DNA of 64,000 nt, taken from NCBI GenBank assembly GCA_964106915.2, contig OZ066923.1; one strand, given 5' to 3'. Below are positions 39,044-52,198 of this stretch, in pieces. Position numbers and translations under genes: made by a program. Position 1 is the first letter of the stretch. The number at the start of each line of letters is the position of its first letter. Source of the DNA: Podarcis gaigeae (Eukaryota). Under the pieces are notes generated by a model. The model saw nothing but the letters and a program-made list of their open reading frames with translations, was not told the origin of the DNA and ran no database searches.

Positions 39044-39671
39044 TGGGGGTGGGGAACCTCTGACCTGCAGGCATATCTTGGTCCAACAGGGCCCCCAATT
39101 TGTCCAGGCAGGCTATTTCTTCAAAATCACACCCACCTGCCAATCAGCTATTGCCACACTGATGGGCAGGGAGGCACCAGATGATTGTTGGGGGCATGGG
39201 GTTGCCTTCTGTGTTAGCTGCACAAACCAGTTCTCCACAGGGAACTGCAGAAGAATTAAACTTTCTGCTCATCCGCTGATGGAGAGGGGAGTTAAATCCT
39301 GCTGAGATCCCTGCAGAGAGCAGAATTGGAAGTCTCCACTCATCCGCTGAGGAGTGGAGACTTCAGTCTTGCTGCATGCTGCTTCAAAGCACAGTGCAGG
39401 GCTGTTGGAAAGCCCTTTTACAAAGAGCCTCAAGCTGCTACTTAAAGCTCCAGTTTTCCCAGTTTTAAAGAGCAGCACTGGGCTGTTTGCAAAACACTTT
39501 CCAACAGCCCTGCAGTGTCTTTTGAAGGGCTTCAAAGTGCAATGTCACATGGCATCATAGTGACATCAGGTGATTGAGAGGTAGGCACCCCGCCCACCTG
39601 TCAAATTTGGCTCACCAGGCATGGGGAAATAAGGATTTGGCTGGCCAAGCACAAAAATATCCCCACCCCTG
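39044..39671. mobile_element. hAT-type non-autonomous element with internal inverted repeat
   Basis: Ends ggggtgggga and tccccacccctg; internal arms near 39382-39412 and 39497-39527. Confidence 0.55.
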
Positions 39672-39963
39672 GTTCAAGTTGCCAGTGAGACATACAGCTC
39701 ACTATGAAACAGAAAGCCAGCCACCTGCTTTCAGCTTAATCTACATTACAAAAGGAAGAGAGAGGCAGCGATCATGTGCACTACTCTGAGCTCCTTGAAG
39801 GAAGTGGGATAAAGATCAGTGGCAGCTGGAAGGAGAATTTGCAGCAGGAGAGTTCATGGTAGCCAGTCGAGCCCATATTAAGCAGCCCGTATTAAACAAA
39901 AAGTCACAAGACACTACACAAAGCCAACTTACCCAACCCATGGCCATTTCTAAAGTGACTTAC

Positions 39964-40166
39964 CCAAAATTTGAGGGCTCTTGTTACCCTGGGAGCTGCT
40001 GCGACTGGACCTGCTGCCTTTTCCTTTAGTGGGTCTTCTTCGCCTGCCTGACAGAGGAGCAGCAGGAGGGATGATTACTGCTGGAGGTACCTTGCCCAGT
40101 TTCGTGTAAAGCAGTTCAATCTCCATCTTTTGGCGACTTTGAAGCTCTTGGATCTCTTTAAGGTGC
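39964..40166 (-). CDS. WNK1: WNK1 exon 25 (HLKEIQELQSRQ coiled coil, GRRRRP)
   Basis: Contains the HQ coiled-coil motif; tag acceptor, gtaagt donor. Confidence 0.96.
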
Positions 40167-40946
40167 CTAAATGAACAGGAAAGGAAATATGTGTCATTTT
40201 TCATACCACTAAATCATCCCAATAATGGATGGACAAGAAGTGAACCCAGATTAGAAGCTATTTATCTAGGCATTATCCTATACAACTACAGCTGCACGCA
40301 GTATGACAGTGGATTACTACCCTCTCAGAGGAGTGCGCCAAATAGCATGCAACAGTGCAGGGCAGTTCAGGGCAGGCTAGTGAAGGGGGAGAAGCAAATA
40401 GTTTCAGGAGGGAAAGGGGGGAGAAAAAATCCACCCCAGCATTCGCCTGTTGTACTAAGGATTTTATAGCTATATAAAGGGGTCAGGGAGGAGAGAGAAG
40501 TGGGAAAAGTGGACATTTACTGTAAAACACATGGACCATTGGTAGTTAAATTCTCTTCCCCTGCCCTTCATTTTCTCCCACTGGTAACTGCCTACTCCTA
40601 GAGTTAACTGATACTAGATGAGCCTGGTTCCTTTGGATCAGAAATGGGGAACCCTGGACCACCATGTGTTTCAAGAATGTTAAGGTTTGGCCTATATATG
40701 GACAGATGGTTGATACTTTACTTCATTGTGTTGATTTATTTTCTTGTGCTTCATTATGTTTTGATCACTGCAACCTCCCCTGTCTGGTTTTTTTTAAAGA
40801 AATAAATAGATAATACACTAAGCTCATCAGCCCAAGTCAGCATGGCCAGTTGACATGGATGATAGGAACTGGAGTACAAGAACATCTGGAAGGTCAACAA
40901 GATCCCCACCCCTGGCTTCAGATCCATTTTTCTCTCTTGGCTCAAC

Positions 40947-41397
40947 TGTATCCAGTATCCTGGAAACCCAGAGGTTCTTCCCAGGCAGTTTTAGAACTTT
41001 TTCTCTAATTCTTTTATGAATGCCGAGGCCTGGTGCCTCCCCCCAAGGTAGCGTCGCCCGGGATTCATCACTCCGGTCTCCCATCAAGCTGATGTGGTCC
41101 ATATTCAGGGACATGAGCACACGACAAGCAGAGTTCAAAACAGAAACTCAGCCTTGAGGAGTAACATCTAAGCCTAATTTATTGCAAATTAAATCAATCG
41201 TAACTAAACAAAGAAAACATGGCTCCTCTCTGTCTTTCTTCCTTGGAGAGCGAGCTGCAAAAGCAAAAACTATACAGAGCGGAAACAGTGTATCTTAATT
41301 TCCTCTCCAACAATCAGTGCTGGAATGTAAACAGACATGTGACATGTAACAATCCCACACACACATCTGCAGCACAGGAGTAATGAAATTCTCAACA
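40947..41397 (-). mobile_element. Possible solo LTR or LTR-element fragment
   Basis: TGT...ACA ends, internal AATAAA (minus, 41178-41183), residual CpGs; the TSD is ambiguous. Confidence 0.4.
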
Positions 41398-41834
41398 CTG
41401 AATCACCTGAATTTGCAATTAGCTAAAGCGAGAGAGCCAGAAGCATGGGAGCTCTGTACTTTAGTCCACTCATAAAACACTAAAGAGCTAGACATCTAGT
41501 CTGCTCATGCATTTTTAGCATCTAAGACTGAACAGTGTCCCAGACATCTCCAGTTAAAATCTTGCCTCTGCTGTGAACTCTCAGAGAAGCCCCTATTTTC
41601 TCATCCTCAGCTGCCTATCCATTAATAAGGAGATGTTAATTGCAAGGAGGCACTCATTCCACTAGAAAAACAGGGGAAGAATATTGCAGACCTCACTATA
41701 CAAATTCCCTGCAAGTGTTGACTGCAGATAACTGTTTTTAGTCCCACTACACGGGATAAAACTTTCAAACAAGTCATGCTTCTACTCATTATGTCCTCTT
41801 AAAAAAGTCGGGGGGGGGGGGGGAGAGGACTTAC

Positions 41835-42478
41835 TTCTCTCGCAATTGGCGCAGCTCGCACTTCAAGTCTTCATCTTCTATGTCCGACTCATTATCACTG
41901 CTCATGTAGGAAGAGTTGAATGAGTTGCTAAGGCTCTGAACTGGAAGACTGATCTTTGACCCAGGTGGATGGAGAGAATCTGGACTCCTTGAGCCATCAT
42001 CTTGCTCCTTGGCTGCACCACTCAGGAAGGCAGCTTCCAGCTCAGACGATGGCCCATTCAGGTGCAGAGAATGCCTTCTCGTGATAAGCCCTGGTTTGGG
42101 AGTTTTGATGGGAGAAGAAACGTGCTCAGAGTTTACAGCCAGAGGGACTATTGCAGGGACCTCTCTCTCCACACAGGTCACCTCATCTTGAGTTTTAGAC
42201 ACAGAAAACCGGCCCACTTGGTCTGTTGCTGTCGTCGTCACCTGGAAACGCCCAACCTTGGTTGGCTGCAAATTGGCGGTGGAAGTGTGTGAAAAAACTC
42301 CATCCACCACATCTGCAGAGGTAACAGCAATGGCTTCGGCTATCTCACTGGAGGTTGGCTTCACCAGAGTACTCTCAGGGCTGCTGCTGCTAGACAAAGA
42401 TGAGGAATCTGAGCTGCTTGTGTCGAAGTGCCTGGGCTTACTTCCACTCTCTTTCTGCTCATCCACAGCTACTGACAC
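41835..42478 (-). CDS. WNK1: WNK1 exon 24 (RFQV and RFSV motifs; SSDNESDIEDEDLK)
   Basis: ORF 41831-42478; tag acceptor, gtaagt donor. Confidence 0.96.
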
Positions 42479-43054
42479 CTAGAGACAATAGAGACATACA
42501 GTATTATAGCCAGAGCACCTTTACAGAGTGGCACTTTGCATAGTGTAAGAGGATAGGTTCCTGCCTTGAGCAGCTTTGTCTGAAATTTGACACAGGGGAT
42601 GCAGAACAAAAAGGAAAAGAAAGTGGAAGCAGGGTTAAACAGAAAAATATGTGGATCTGCTTCACATGTATAGGCTTAGTTACAGTTACAGTAAGGCACA
42701 GGAACTAAGGATTGTTTGTGCCAAGGCTTCACATAAAAAGTCAGAACAATTTTAAACAGTACTCCCTCCAAAAGGAGCCAACCACTGCATTAGATCATTT
42801 TCTGATAAAAACTTGTGCTGACACCAAATACCATATCACAAGATGAAAGCAGAAAATGGATAATGAGACAAGATGGGCATCTTTTGAAGAATGCTAGTAA
42901 TGCTTAAAGAGCAAGAGTGTTGTTGATGCTGATGGGCCAGAGCAGCCATAACAGTTGTACAATATTGTCCCAGTCTCAGCTCCCTGTCTATAAAATAAGA
43001 ACCATAAAAGTCACACAGTAGCTAGGGTAGACACAACAAAATGCTGTAAAATAC

Positions 43055-43128
43055 CTGAAAACGACCCATCTTAAGAACTGCAACTCCTGAGGTGGTAGTT
43101 GTGGAACAGCCTCCTGCATCCTGAGACT
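43055..43128 (-). CDS. WNK1: WNK1 exon 23 (SQDAGGCSTTTTSGVAVLKMGRFQ)
   Basis: KMGRFQ|V motif is split across the junction; cag acceptor, gtattt donor. Confidence 0.9.
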
Positions 43129-44875
43129 CTGAAATGGGGAAAAGTGGGAAGAGGATTTGCAATTCAATTTTTTGCCCCCTGTGTTTGTGAACAAAATTCT
43201 CTGAGAAAAGTCAATCAGAAATGTGTTCCTCTAATTAGATCAAAGGAAGCTGTTACAAAACTGCTTTAACAGTTTCAGTTAAGTCATCTTACTTTTTTCT
43301 AGTTAACCAGGGGTAGGTGGGGGCTTTGTTTTGGGAATACGCAGTATTCACCTTCTACAAAAAGGCATGTGGTACCTCATTTGAACATTTCCTTAACAAA
43401 AACTGATTATTTTCATATTGGCTTTGACAACACATGACAGGATTCTACTCGCAGAAATTTTGCTTGTCTACCCAAGAGAAACCTAAAGGAATTACTAATA
43501 TATTAACTCATTAGGCCCTATTGGAAGAGAAGAGCAAGCAATTCTTACAAGAGAAAATAACTTTAGTGTAAAACTAAAGTTGCAATGGGAAAACAATGAC
43601 CTATTTCCTAAAGCTGTGCATGCCCCCCCCCCCCAAAAAAGCCTGGGCTAATGTGGGAAACTCCAGGCCCAGATCTAGCCCCAAATCAAATGGGGGAGTG
43701 GAGAGGAAAGGAGCAAACTCTGCATCTCCTCCTATCTCATCCCAGGGCAGGATTTAATTCTGCTGGGAGCTGCTCCACCAGACCTTTTCCCACAGGGAGC
43801 ACACTGGCAGAGCAGGGCCCGAAAGTCAGCGGGACTGAAACCTCCTGTTCATGAGGGGGGAAAGAGACACAGCGCTCACTTCCCTCACCATCTGAGAGGT
43901 GCTGCAAAAGCAGAGGCTGGCAAGGAAGATGCAGTGTGTTCCACTTGAAAGGCCTCAAGGGACAGCTGGGTGGCAGCAAGGAATGCCACAGGTGGGAGAA
44001 GCCTGAACTCCCAAGACCCGGCAGCATCCATGGGATGTGCTTGGTGCTTGCTTAAAGGGTAAGATAGGCAGGAAGGGAACTTGTTGAGGCTGATGATGGG
44101 AGCAATGAGTAGTGTGGATGGAGGCGGCAGAAGCCAGACCCGCTGTAGGCACTTTCTTTATAGGGTCTTGTATAGCAACGCAAATCCCTGTTCAGTTTCA
44201 GCAGAAGGAGCTGCTGGTGTGCTGGAGGAAATCAGGTAAGATTACAACAGCAAGAGAGACTTGCAAAATGAATACTGTTTTGGATGCTTACCAGAGAATT
44301 CAATCCTTCAGGGGTCAGCTTCCCCAGCACATTCCCTGTGGGGAGTTTGCTGGAGAAACAGACTCCCTGCCTCTCCTGCATCCCAACCAATGCCCCACTC
44401 CCTAAAAGCCCCAGATTGTTCCAGGCAGCCCAACCTGGCTCAGTCTGGCGCTGCCTCTACCCAACTTGGGATTCCCCTCCTCCCTAACTGGCCCAATTCA
44501 GTTCAGGCTTCAGCCAAATCTGGTGCACAGCCTGAATATTTACAATGCCTGAGTGACCACAGTACAATCAAATCATTGTTAAAGAGCAAAAGGGAATGTG
44601 CTACCCATAAAAGCTACTGGGAAAAGAATGAACCCTACAGATCCTTTTAGTCACTGCTTAAGAGCAATCGTACTTTCACCCCGTGTCAAACTATCCACAT
44701 AATCACTTGGGTGTTTTTTAATTATTATTCATTTGTTTTGAGGTAGAGTTCCAAAAGCCAATATTTTTGAGATTATAATCCTTTTGCACAAGATTCATGA
44801 ATAAACCTCTAGTATAACGAACAGCAGACACCAAGTGTTCTTGTTCAGACATTGTTCATTCCAAAAGGCTCTTAC

Positions 44876-44945
44876 CAGTATTTGTAGGCTGTTCTGGTGC
44901 AGATGCCATTCCAGTAACCGTTGTAGAAGCCACTGATGGCAGAGG
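44876..44945 (-). CDS. WNK1: WNK1 exon 22 (PLPSVASTTVTGMASAPEQPTNT)
   Basis: tag acceptor, gtaaga donor; phase 0-1 fits both neighbours. Confidence 0.82.
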
Positions 44946-45261
44946 CTATGAAAAACACAAACAAACAAAATAAAGTTCATCAGAATATTCTAATTTCCTT
45001 TTCTTTTTAAAAAAATTCAGGGCACTAATTTGCCCGTATTTATTCACGGGATCACATCAATTCTCTTAAGCTTCAGATACCAAAGCAAAGCACTGATGAG
45101 TATCCACTGTAGCAAGCAAAGGCCTCTCCTTAAGCAGCCTTCCCAAATCCAGTATTAGCATATGCAAGGCCATCCTGTTTCAAATGATTCTGCACACACC
45201 ACAGCATCTTAAAGTTGGGGAGGGGAAACCCTGGAAAAAAACAGCTTTGCTGTTGCTAATA

Positions 45262-45469
45262 ACTGTCGTACCTTGGTTCTCGAACGCCTTGCTACTCGTA
45301 CATTTTGGCTCCCAAACACCGAAAACCCAGAAGTGTTCTGGTTTTTGAATGCTTTTTGGAAGCTGAACATCCGACGCAGCTTCCACTTGAGTGCAGGAAG
45401 CTCCTGCAGTCAACCGGAAGCCACGCCTTTTTTTTTAATGGTTTCGGTTCCACTGTACAGGTTCCACTG
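45262..45469. mobile_element. Tigger-like MITE, degenerate
   Basis: Left end ctgtcgtaccttggtt; duplicated right end ggttccactgta. Confidence 0.55.
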
Positions 45470-46381
45470 TACAGGCCTTATATTTCATATAACACAATTT
45501 GTTTTCCATACAACTCCATTGCCTGTTTTCATAGTTGGAGAAAATGCTAGTTCTCACTGAGATGGTAAAGTTGTGCCTGGGCTGCAGGTGGAGGTTCACA
45601 TGACTGAATACCATTCCACACGCAAAAAACTTCAACACAGAAAACTTTTTAGGAGGGAAAAAATGTGTCTTATAGTGCAAAAAATACGGTATATATAAAG
45701 AGTAGAGAATGGTGTATGTAATTATGAGGAGCATAGCATGATGTAGGGCCTGCACATACACAGAGGAATACACAGACCTCTACATGTATAAATGGAGTCT
45801 AAAATAAGGTATGTGGTGCCTATTTGAAGGGGTAGTAAACATGATTGATTTGAGTAAAATCTGGAGGGCAACTCTCACCAGACCCAGCCAGCATGGCCAA
45901 CAGCCGGGGTTGATGCAAGTTGTAGCCAACAATATCTGGAGGGTAGCGCATTGACCACTCCTGCTTTTCCATTTAAAAAAAGAACACAAGAATCAGGTTC
46001 AACCACAATTAAAATACTACAAAACAAACAGTATGGAAACAGGCAATAAACCAATGACACCTTTGTTCTAAGCCAATAATCTGTTTTGTCCCTGGTGCCT
46101 CCACTCATCATAGCTGCAAGAGACGACTGCCTCTCCCAATCTCTAAACAAAGAATCCTGCTTCCCTCGTTAGCCACATAAATACTTGTACTCCAGAGTTT
46201 GTGGTGGGCCAAATGAAACCAACTGCTTCCTGCTCACCCCTCCAGCCCCTGGAAATGAATCTTGCAAGTTGTAAGCCCTTAGTAAACATGTCCCTTCTGC
46301 CCTGGGCTTCCATCACACAGAAGCAGTGCAGACGCAGATGGGCATGTTGAACTTTTTGGTCACTAGTTCAGCAAAACTTAC

Positions 46382-46465
46382 ACCGGCAGGAGCTGATGTT
46401 GGAACATTTTCTGGACTCAAGGCTCTTCTCAGCTGGGCATCCAAGTCCTCCAGAGGTTGCTGGGA
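46382..46465 (-). CDS. WNK1: WNK1 exon 21 (SQQPLEDLDAQLRRALSPE...)
   Basis: Conserved motif; cag acceptor, gtaagt donor. Confidence 0.93.
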
Positions 46466-47846
46466 CTGCAGGAAGTAGGAACAGTTAGCTGTTGCCCCTT
46501 TAAACCTTGCTATACATGTAACATCTAAACTATTTTGAATTCTACAACAGAATTCTGAAGTGACATCAGAAATTCAATGATTAAGCAGAAGACCACAATA
46601 TGATCATCTTTTAATCATAGAACATTCACGAATGTGACTTTACTTCACCATGTCATTTACGACAACATACAATGCAGCAGTCAAGCTTCTCGGAAGCTAA
46701 TCAATTTCATGTTTTTAAAGAAACCTAGTGAAGAGTCCAGAACTTGTGTGTTTGTGTATTCCACAGCCCTCAGTCACTTAAGACACAGACACAAAGCCTC
46801 CTTCAGAATAATCCTGTGTGGGCACCTTGGAAACTATTTTATTGGGATAAATGTTTGTAGCCAACAGCCTACTTGAGGTGTATAAAGTGAACTGAGAATG
46901 GACTGCTGCTTACATGATATATACCCAGAGTTGAGGTGCACTAAACTTTCAGAGAACAGTTATTTCCAGTTTTCAACAGCTATATGGCAGGAAATAAGAG
47001 GAGAGCTAAATGGGCACATTGTATGGTATTCAATTATGCTTTACTCAGAGTAGAACATTGAAATTAATGGACCTAAATTAGTCATGTTCATGAATTTCAA
47101 TTGGTCTACTCTGAGTATAGCTTAGTTGAATGTCACCCTTAATACAAGCATCCTTGAGCCAGTCAGGTGACTGTTGAGATGTCAGATTCCCATAATACTC
47201 TGGGCTACATTTTTCTACCCATTCAACATTTAACACACTGTCATTTACAAAGTTTCCAAAAGAATCACAGTAGATGTCTGTTGAAAGCAAACAAGCTACA
47301 CGATGTTATTATATGACCAATGCAAAAGTCAACTACAATCAAATCCGTTCAATCCATGTCTTGGCACCTCAATAAAAACCTCCATATAAACCAGTCCTTA
47401 GCTTTCATAGGCAAACACAGTTGTTTTATCTACCCCATAATCTAGGAATCAAAGGAACCAGCTCATGTGCATTCATTAAATTTCATCCTTTACACTTCAT
47501 CCATCTGTTTCAGACCTTGGAGAACATCTCCATGGATTCATTTTGTTTCCCCAAAGTACTAAAATGTAAGAATCTGGCTCTAATTATACATGACTCTGTA
47601 TTGATGACTCCATTCCTCAATCAACTTATGACGGAAGTAGAATATCTGCTATTAGGCATGCAATGCCACATAATATCAGACTAATATTTTTGAGATGTTT
47701 CTTTCCATCATGTTTGTAGGACAAAGCCTAGAAATTGCTCTCCAGATAGGTATGAAACCCATTACAGGCCATTGTGGAAACGAGATATTACACTTACCCA
47801 AAGTGTGCCTCATCTTACGTTTCCTACAACATCTTAAGCATGGTTA

Positions 47847-48191
47847 AAGGTAAAGAGACCCCTGACCATTAGGTCCAGTCGTAACCGACTCTGGGGTTGG
47901 GGTGCTCATATCACTTTAATTGGCCAAGGGAGCCGGCGTACAGCTTCTGGGTCATGTGGCCAGCATGACTAAGCTGCTTCTGGCGAACCAGAGCAGCGCA
48001 TGGAAACACCGTTTACCTTCCCGCCAGAGTGGTACCTATTTATCTACTTGCACTTTGACGTGCTTTCGAACTGCTAGGTTGGCAGGAGCAGGGACAGAGC
48101 AACGGGAGATCACCCCGTCACGGGGATTCGAACTGCCAACCTTCTGATCAGCAAGTCCTAGGCTCTGTGGTTTAACCCACAGTGCCACCCG
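47847..48191 (-). mobile_element. Sauria SINE, nearly full length
   Basis: tRNA-like head with GGTTCGAATCC-type B box; TSD taagcatggtta at 47835 and 48192. Confidence 0.93.
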
Positions 48192-48574
48192 TAAGCATGG
48201 TTAGCATTGTGTTATAAAGGAATAGTATGAAAACAGAAAGAGAGGCCTAAGTAAAAGTATAAAAAGATACCTTTAATTGCTATAATTTATTCAGGAGTTT
48301 GTTTACATATCCAGCCATGAAAATATTATAGCAGCATTGACTGATGAGTTGACTAAGGTTAGTTTAGAAAAGGCATCCTCAAACTCGGCCCTCCAGCTGA
48401 TTTGGGTCTACAATGCTGACTCCAAGAAAGTACAATTAGCATTAAACTAGTGCTCATTAAGTTCAGCAGCTTTTATTTCTTTGTGGGGCTTGGACATTGG
48501 GGCACAGCATTCTTCAAAGGAAAAAAGGAGTATCAAATGAAGAAACCATTTCAATTTTTATAAAAGAAAGGTTA

Positions 48575-48930
48575 AAGGTAAAGGTACCGCTGCCCGTACG
48601 GGCCAGTCTTGCCAGACTCTAGGGTTGTGCGCTCATCTCACTCTATAGGCCGGGGAGCCAGCGCTGTCCGCAGACACTTCCGGGTCACGTGGCCAGCGTG
48701 ACAAGCTGCATCTGGTGAGCCAGCGCAGCACACGGAACGCCGTTTACCTTCCCGCTGGTAAGCGGTCCCTATTTGTCTACTTGCACCCAGGGGTGCTTTC
48801 GAACTGCTAGGTTGGCAGGCGCTGGGACCGAACGACGGGAGCGCACCCCGCCGCGGGGATTCGAACCGCCGACCATGTGATCGGCAAGTCCTAGGCGCTG
48901 AGGTTTTACCCACAGCGCCACCCGCGTCCC
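48575..48930 (-). mobile_element. Sauria SINE, full length, different CpG-rich subfamily
   Basis: Head GGGACGCGGGTGGCGCTGTGG; (ACCTTT)n tail; TSD aaaagaaaggtta at 48562 and 48934. Confidence 0.93.
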
Positions 48931-49043
48931 TAAAAAAGAAAGGTTACTCGGTGTAAAAAAAAGTATAGAAAGAAATAACATGCAATAGGGTTTAATTTAA
49001 ACATGCTCTTTGAAAAGGGAAAAAAGAGAAGCAGATATAGCAC

Positions 49044-49127
49044 CTGAGTTAGTGTAGGTCCTGGAAAGGGTGGCAGCGCCTCACTGGCTGGAGTGCCAGC
49101 TGGAAGTTCAGAACCTACCAGTGGCCC
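49044..49127 (-). CDS. WNK1: WNK1 exon 20 (GPLVGSELPAGTPASEALPPFPGPTLTQ)
   Basis: Matches the human ELPAGT...LPPFPGP pattern; tag acceptor, gtgcta donor. Confidence 0.9.
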
Positions 49128-49909
49128 CTATGAATAGATGGTAAAATTCAAGTTCAGTCACAGAAGAAAAAGATTGTAACATCATATAGAAAAAAGAAAA
49201 TTCGCTGTAGAAGCTTTAATACTGAAGGAGTACCATTAACAAAATAGAAACAAATTTTGAGACAATGTGCTTTGACTCAACCACCACAAATAGAATATTA
49301 TCCGTGAAGATAGGGATATGCTAAAACATGGTCCAGCACTTGGAAGCTTTGCCACCTTTTTCTGACTTCCCATTTCCATAGTGTTGCCCCTTCTCTGCTC
49401 ACTCCCTAGCAACTGCTTATCTCTCACTAACCCTGGTACAGATTTCCTACCCTCCTACCTGTTACTGGATTGATAGTGGGATCTGGGTTATTTGACTGTA
49501 AACATAAAGTGCAGCGAAAGCTATTAGAGGGAACACAATCAACCCCCGTATTTAAGGGCAGTTTGAACAAGGCAATACACAGCCAAGTTTTCACAGAATC
49601 ATAGAGCCATTAAAATGAATGAACGTTACTAAGGGAGCAACTAATTTCAACAGGTCTACTCTGAGTAAAACTTAGCTGACTACCACCCAGACCAGGTAAA
49701 GGCTCTCAAAGGTCAATGCCAGAGTTGCCTTTATACTCATTTCATACATGGACCTTTTTTCTACTCATGTTACTTTCCTATATGAAAACTACTCTACACA
49801 GAAGCTTGTAAACTCATGTGGCAGTTTTATTTTGTTTTGTAACATGTAATACTTTACCTAGTTTTCCAGCAGACTAATTGCGGTCCCTGCATAAAATAGT
49901 GTCATATGT

Positions 49910-50718
49910 CAGTGTTTCCCAACCAGTGTTCCGCGGCACACTAGTGTGCCGCGAGATGTTGTCTGGTGTGCCGTGGGAGGAAGGCGGTCGGGGGGGAGGG
50001 GGCGCCGCACGCACCCGCGTCAGGAGCCAGCACTTACCTCCCACGGTGCAGGGAAAGACTGGAAGAGCGTCGCAGCAACGCGCACGCGCAGAGCAGCCGT
50101 AAAGGGAGGCGTGTGGGTGGAGAAAAGGAGGGAGGGAGAGAGAGAGAGCGGGAAGGGGAGGGGGGAATCCCCCTAGGCGTGAAGGGAGCGCGCGCCAAAG
50201 GAGGGAGGGAGAGAGAGAGAGCGGGAAGGGGAGGGGGGAATCCCCCTAGGCGTGAAGGGAGCGCGCACCGTAAGTTCCAAATTTAAAGGAGGGAGGAAGA
50301 AAATCCCCACGTGACAGCTTTTGCCTCCAGGACGGCATCTGCCTGCGCCAACTCACGGCTGAGCCAGGACTTTTCGTACACGTGTGGGCGCTTCGTAGCA
50401 TGTGCTCGGCTTTGCCGGGAAGCGCTACGGAAAGCGGCTTGGATCAGAAAGCCTGGGCTCTTGCCACGCGCGGCATTGTGTTGAAGCGTGCTGGTAGTTA
50501 GTGGGTTGGGAGAGCCGCAGCACCCCATTTTTTTTTTCATACGAACATGGTTAAGAAGCTTTGTGGAGTGTCAGTAGGTTGGCACAAACCATGACGTTTG
50601 GGGACATTAATCTAGCGGCACAGAGTTAATTTTTTAAACATTTTCTAATGGTGGTGTGCCTCGAGATTTTTTTCATGAAACAAGTGTGCCTTTGCCCAAA
50701 AAAGGTTGGGAAACACTG
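49910..50718. mobile_element. Young hAT non-autonomous DNA transposon
   Basis: Perfect 15-bp TIR CAGTGTTTCCCAACC; perfect 8-bp TSD TCATATGT; CpG-rich; internal 73-bp-period duplication. Confidence 0.93.
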
Positions 50719-52198
50719 TCATATGTGATATAGCCCCAAGTGGAGGAAAATACTTTTAGCAGTCTTCTCCAAACAATTCTTAAGATAACGTTGTTATCTC
50801 AGATACTGATTCATGAGACATAGTTAGGCACAGCAAACATTACAGAAATCCACAATGCCTAGTATTACAATCTTATGGCACTTATGCTTAGAAACCTATT
50901 ACCATTCTACAACAAAGCATCTGTTGTAGCCATTTTGATAGAAACTACTGAATGTGTATTATTGTTTACACACCATGCTATACTGAGAGGGAAAAAACCT
51001 CTCTTCCCATGCAAGTAGTTTGCAGTATGGCATGTCTCAATCCATCCTTTGATGCACAAGTACATTCAGAAGGTCTGGCTAGCTAAAGTAAGTATTTGTG
51101 GATTACGGTTACTGTAATTATTTGCAAGGCTGATCAACCAAAAGTGTAAAAAGGAGCTAACAAATGGATGGATGGTGCATGTTTGGGTTTAGTTGAATTC
51201 ATAAAAACTAGCAGTCTACTGGGTGTTTTATTAAAAGAAGGTTGAACATGCAAAATGCAAGGAAAAACTCAGCTAAGTTACCAAAAGGTTATTAGATAAG
51301 AGGCAGTAGAATGAAGCACATCAGTCTCATAGCAAAGTTAGACAGAACATTCCAGCGACTTCCGTATGTAATAATAGAAATGAAAGTTTAAAAGGTAAGG
51401 TGCGGGATCTCTGAACACTCTCTCAACTCCCTCTTAAAAACACATAGCTGTACAAATTTCAGCCTGGAATAATCACTGTGTACAGTACTTTTTGGCAACA
51501 TGAATGAACTGAAAGTTAGTGCTATCTACTTTTGACACTGGACAGTTTTAGGAAACAATTGACTACACAATCTGATACAAATTTCTGTGAACACCACAAA
51601 TCTTTTCCAACTGTAGTTTCCCCTGTATAATTTATATCGATGGCACAGCCCATGTTTATCATAGAACTACAGTTAATATGTCAAGTGTGCCATCAGACTA
51701 CAAAACCTACTACATACTTTGGCACTTAACATCTTCTCTATTTACTGAACGTACATGTCACAAAACAACTCATATGTCCACCCAAAAACAGCTAACAATG
51801 TGTGTACATGCATGCTCCACATGCATGTTTCTTGTTACATCTTAATAAATTGACGCTCAGCTGCAAACTGCAACAATTGTCTCAATGTTGGTCAGATGTT
51901 TGCCTTGCATTTGAAGAAGTTGCCATGGCTATTGGCCACCCAGAATGTGAATTGAAATGAAAACAGCCCATGGTGCTAGTGATACATTATTTCTTCTTTG
52001 TTTTGTACACAATGAGGTCATGGCAAGCACAAATACTTAAGAGGTATGCAAACAAATGGGGGAAAGAACAGCTGAATTAAAGCACTAAATGCACAGAACT
52101 GACCATGGAAGGAATAGCTAAATGTTCCAGGTCAGTCTTAGAAGGCTCCTAGCTTAGGATATTTTAAAACGCATTCATAAGACCACTGGATTCCTTAC

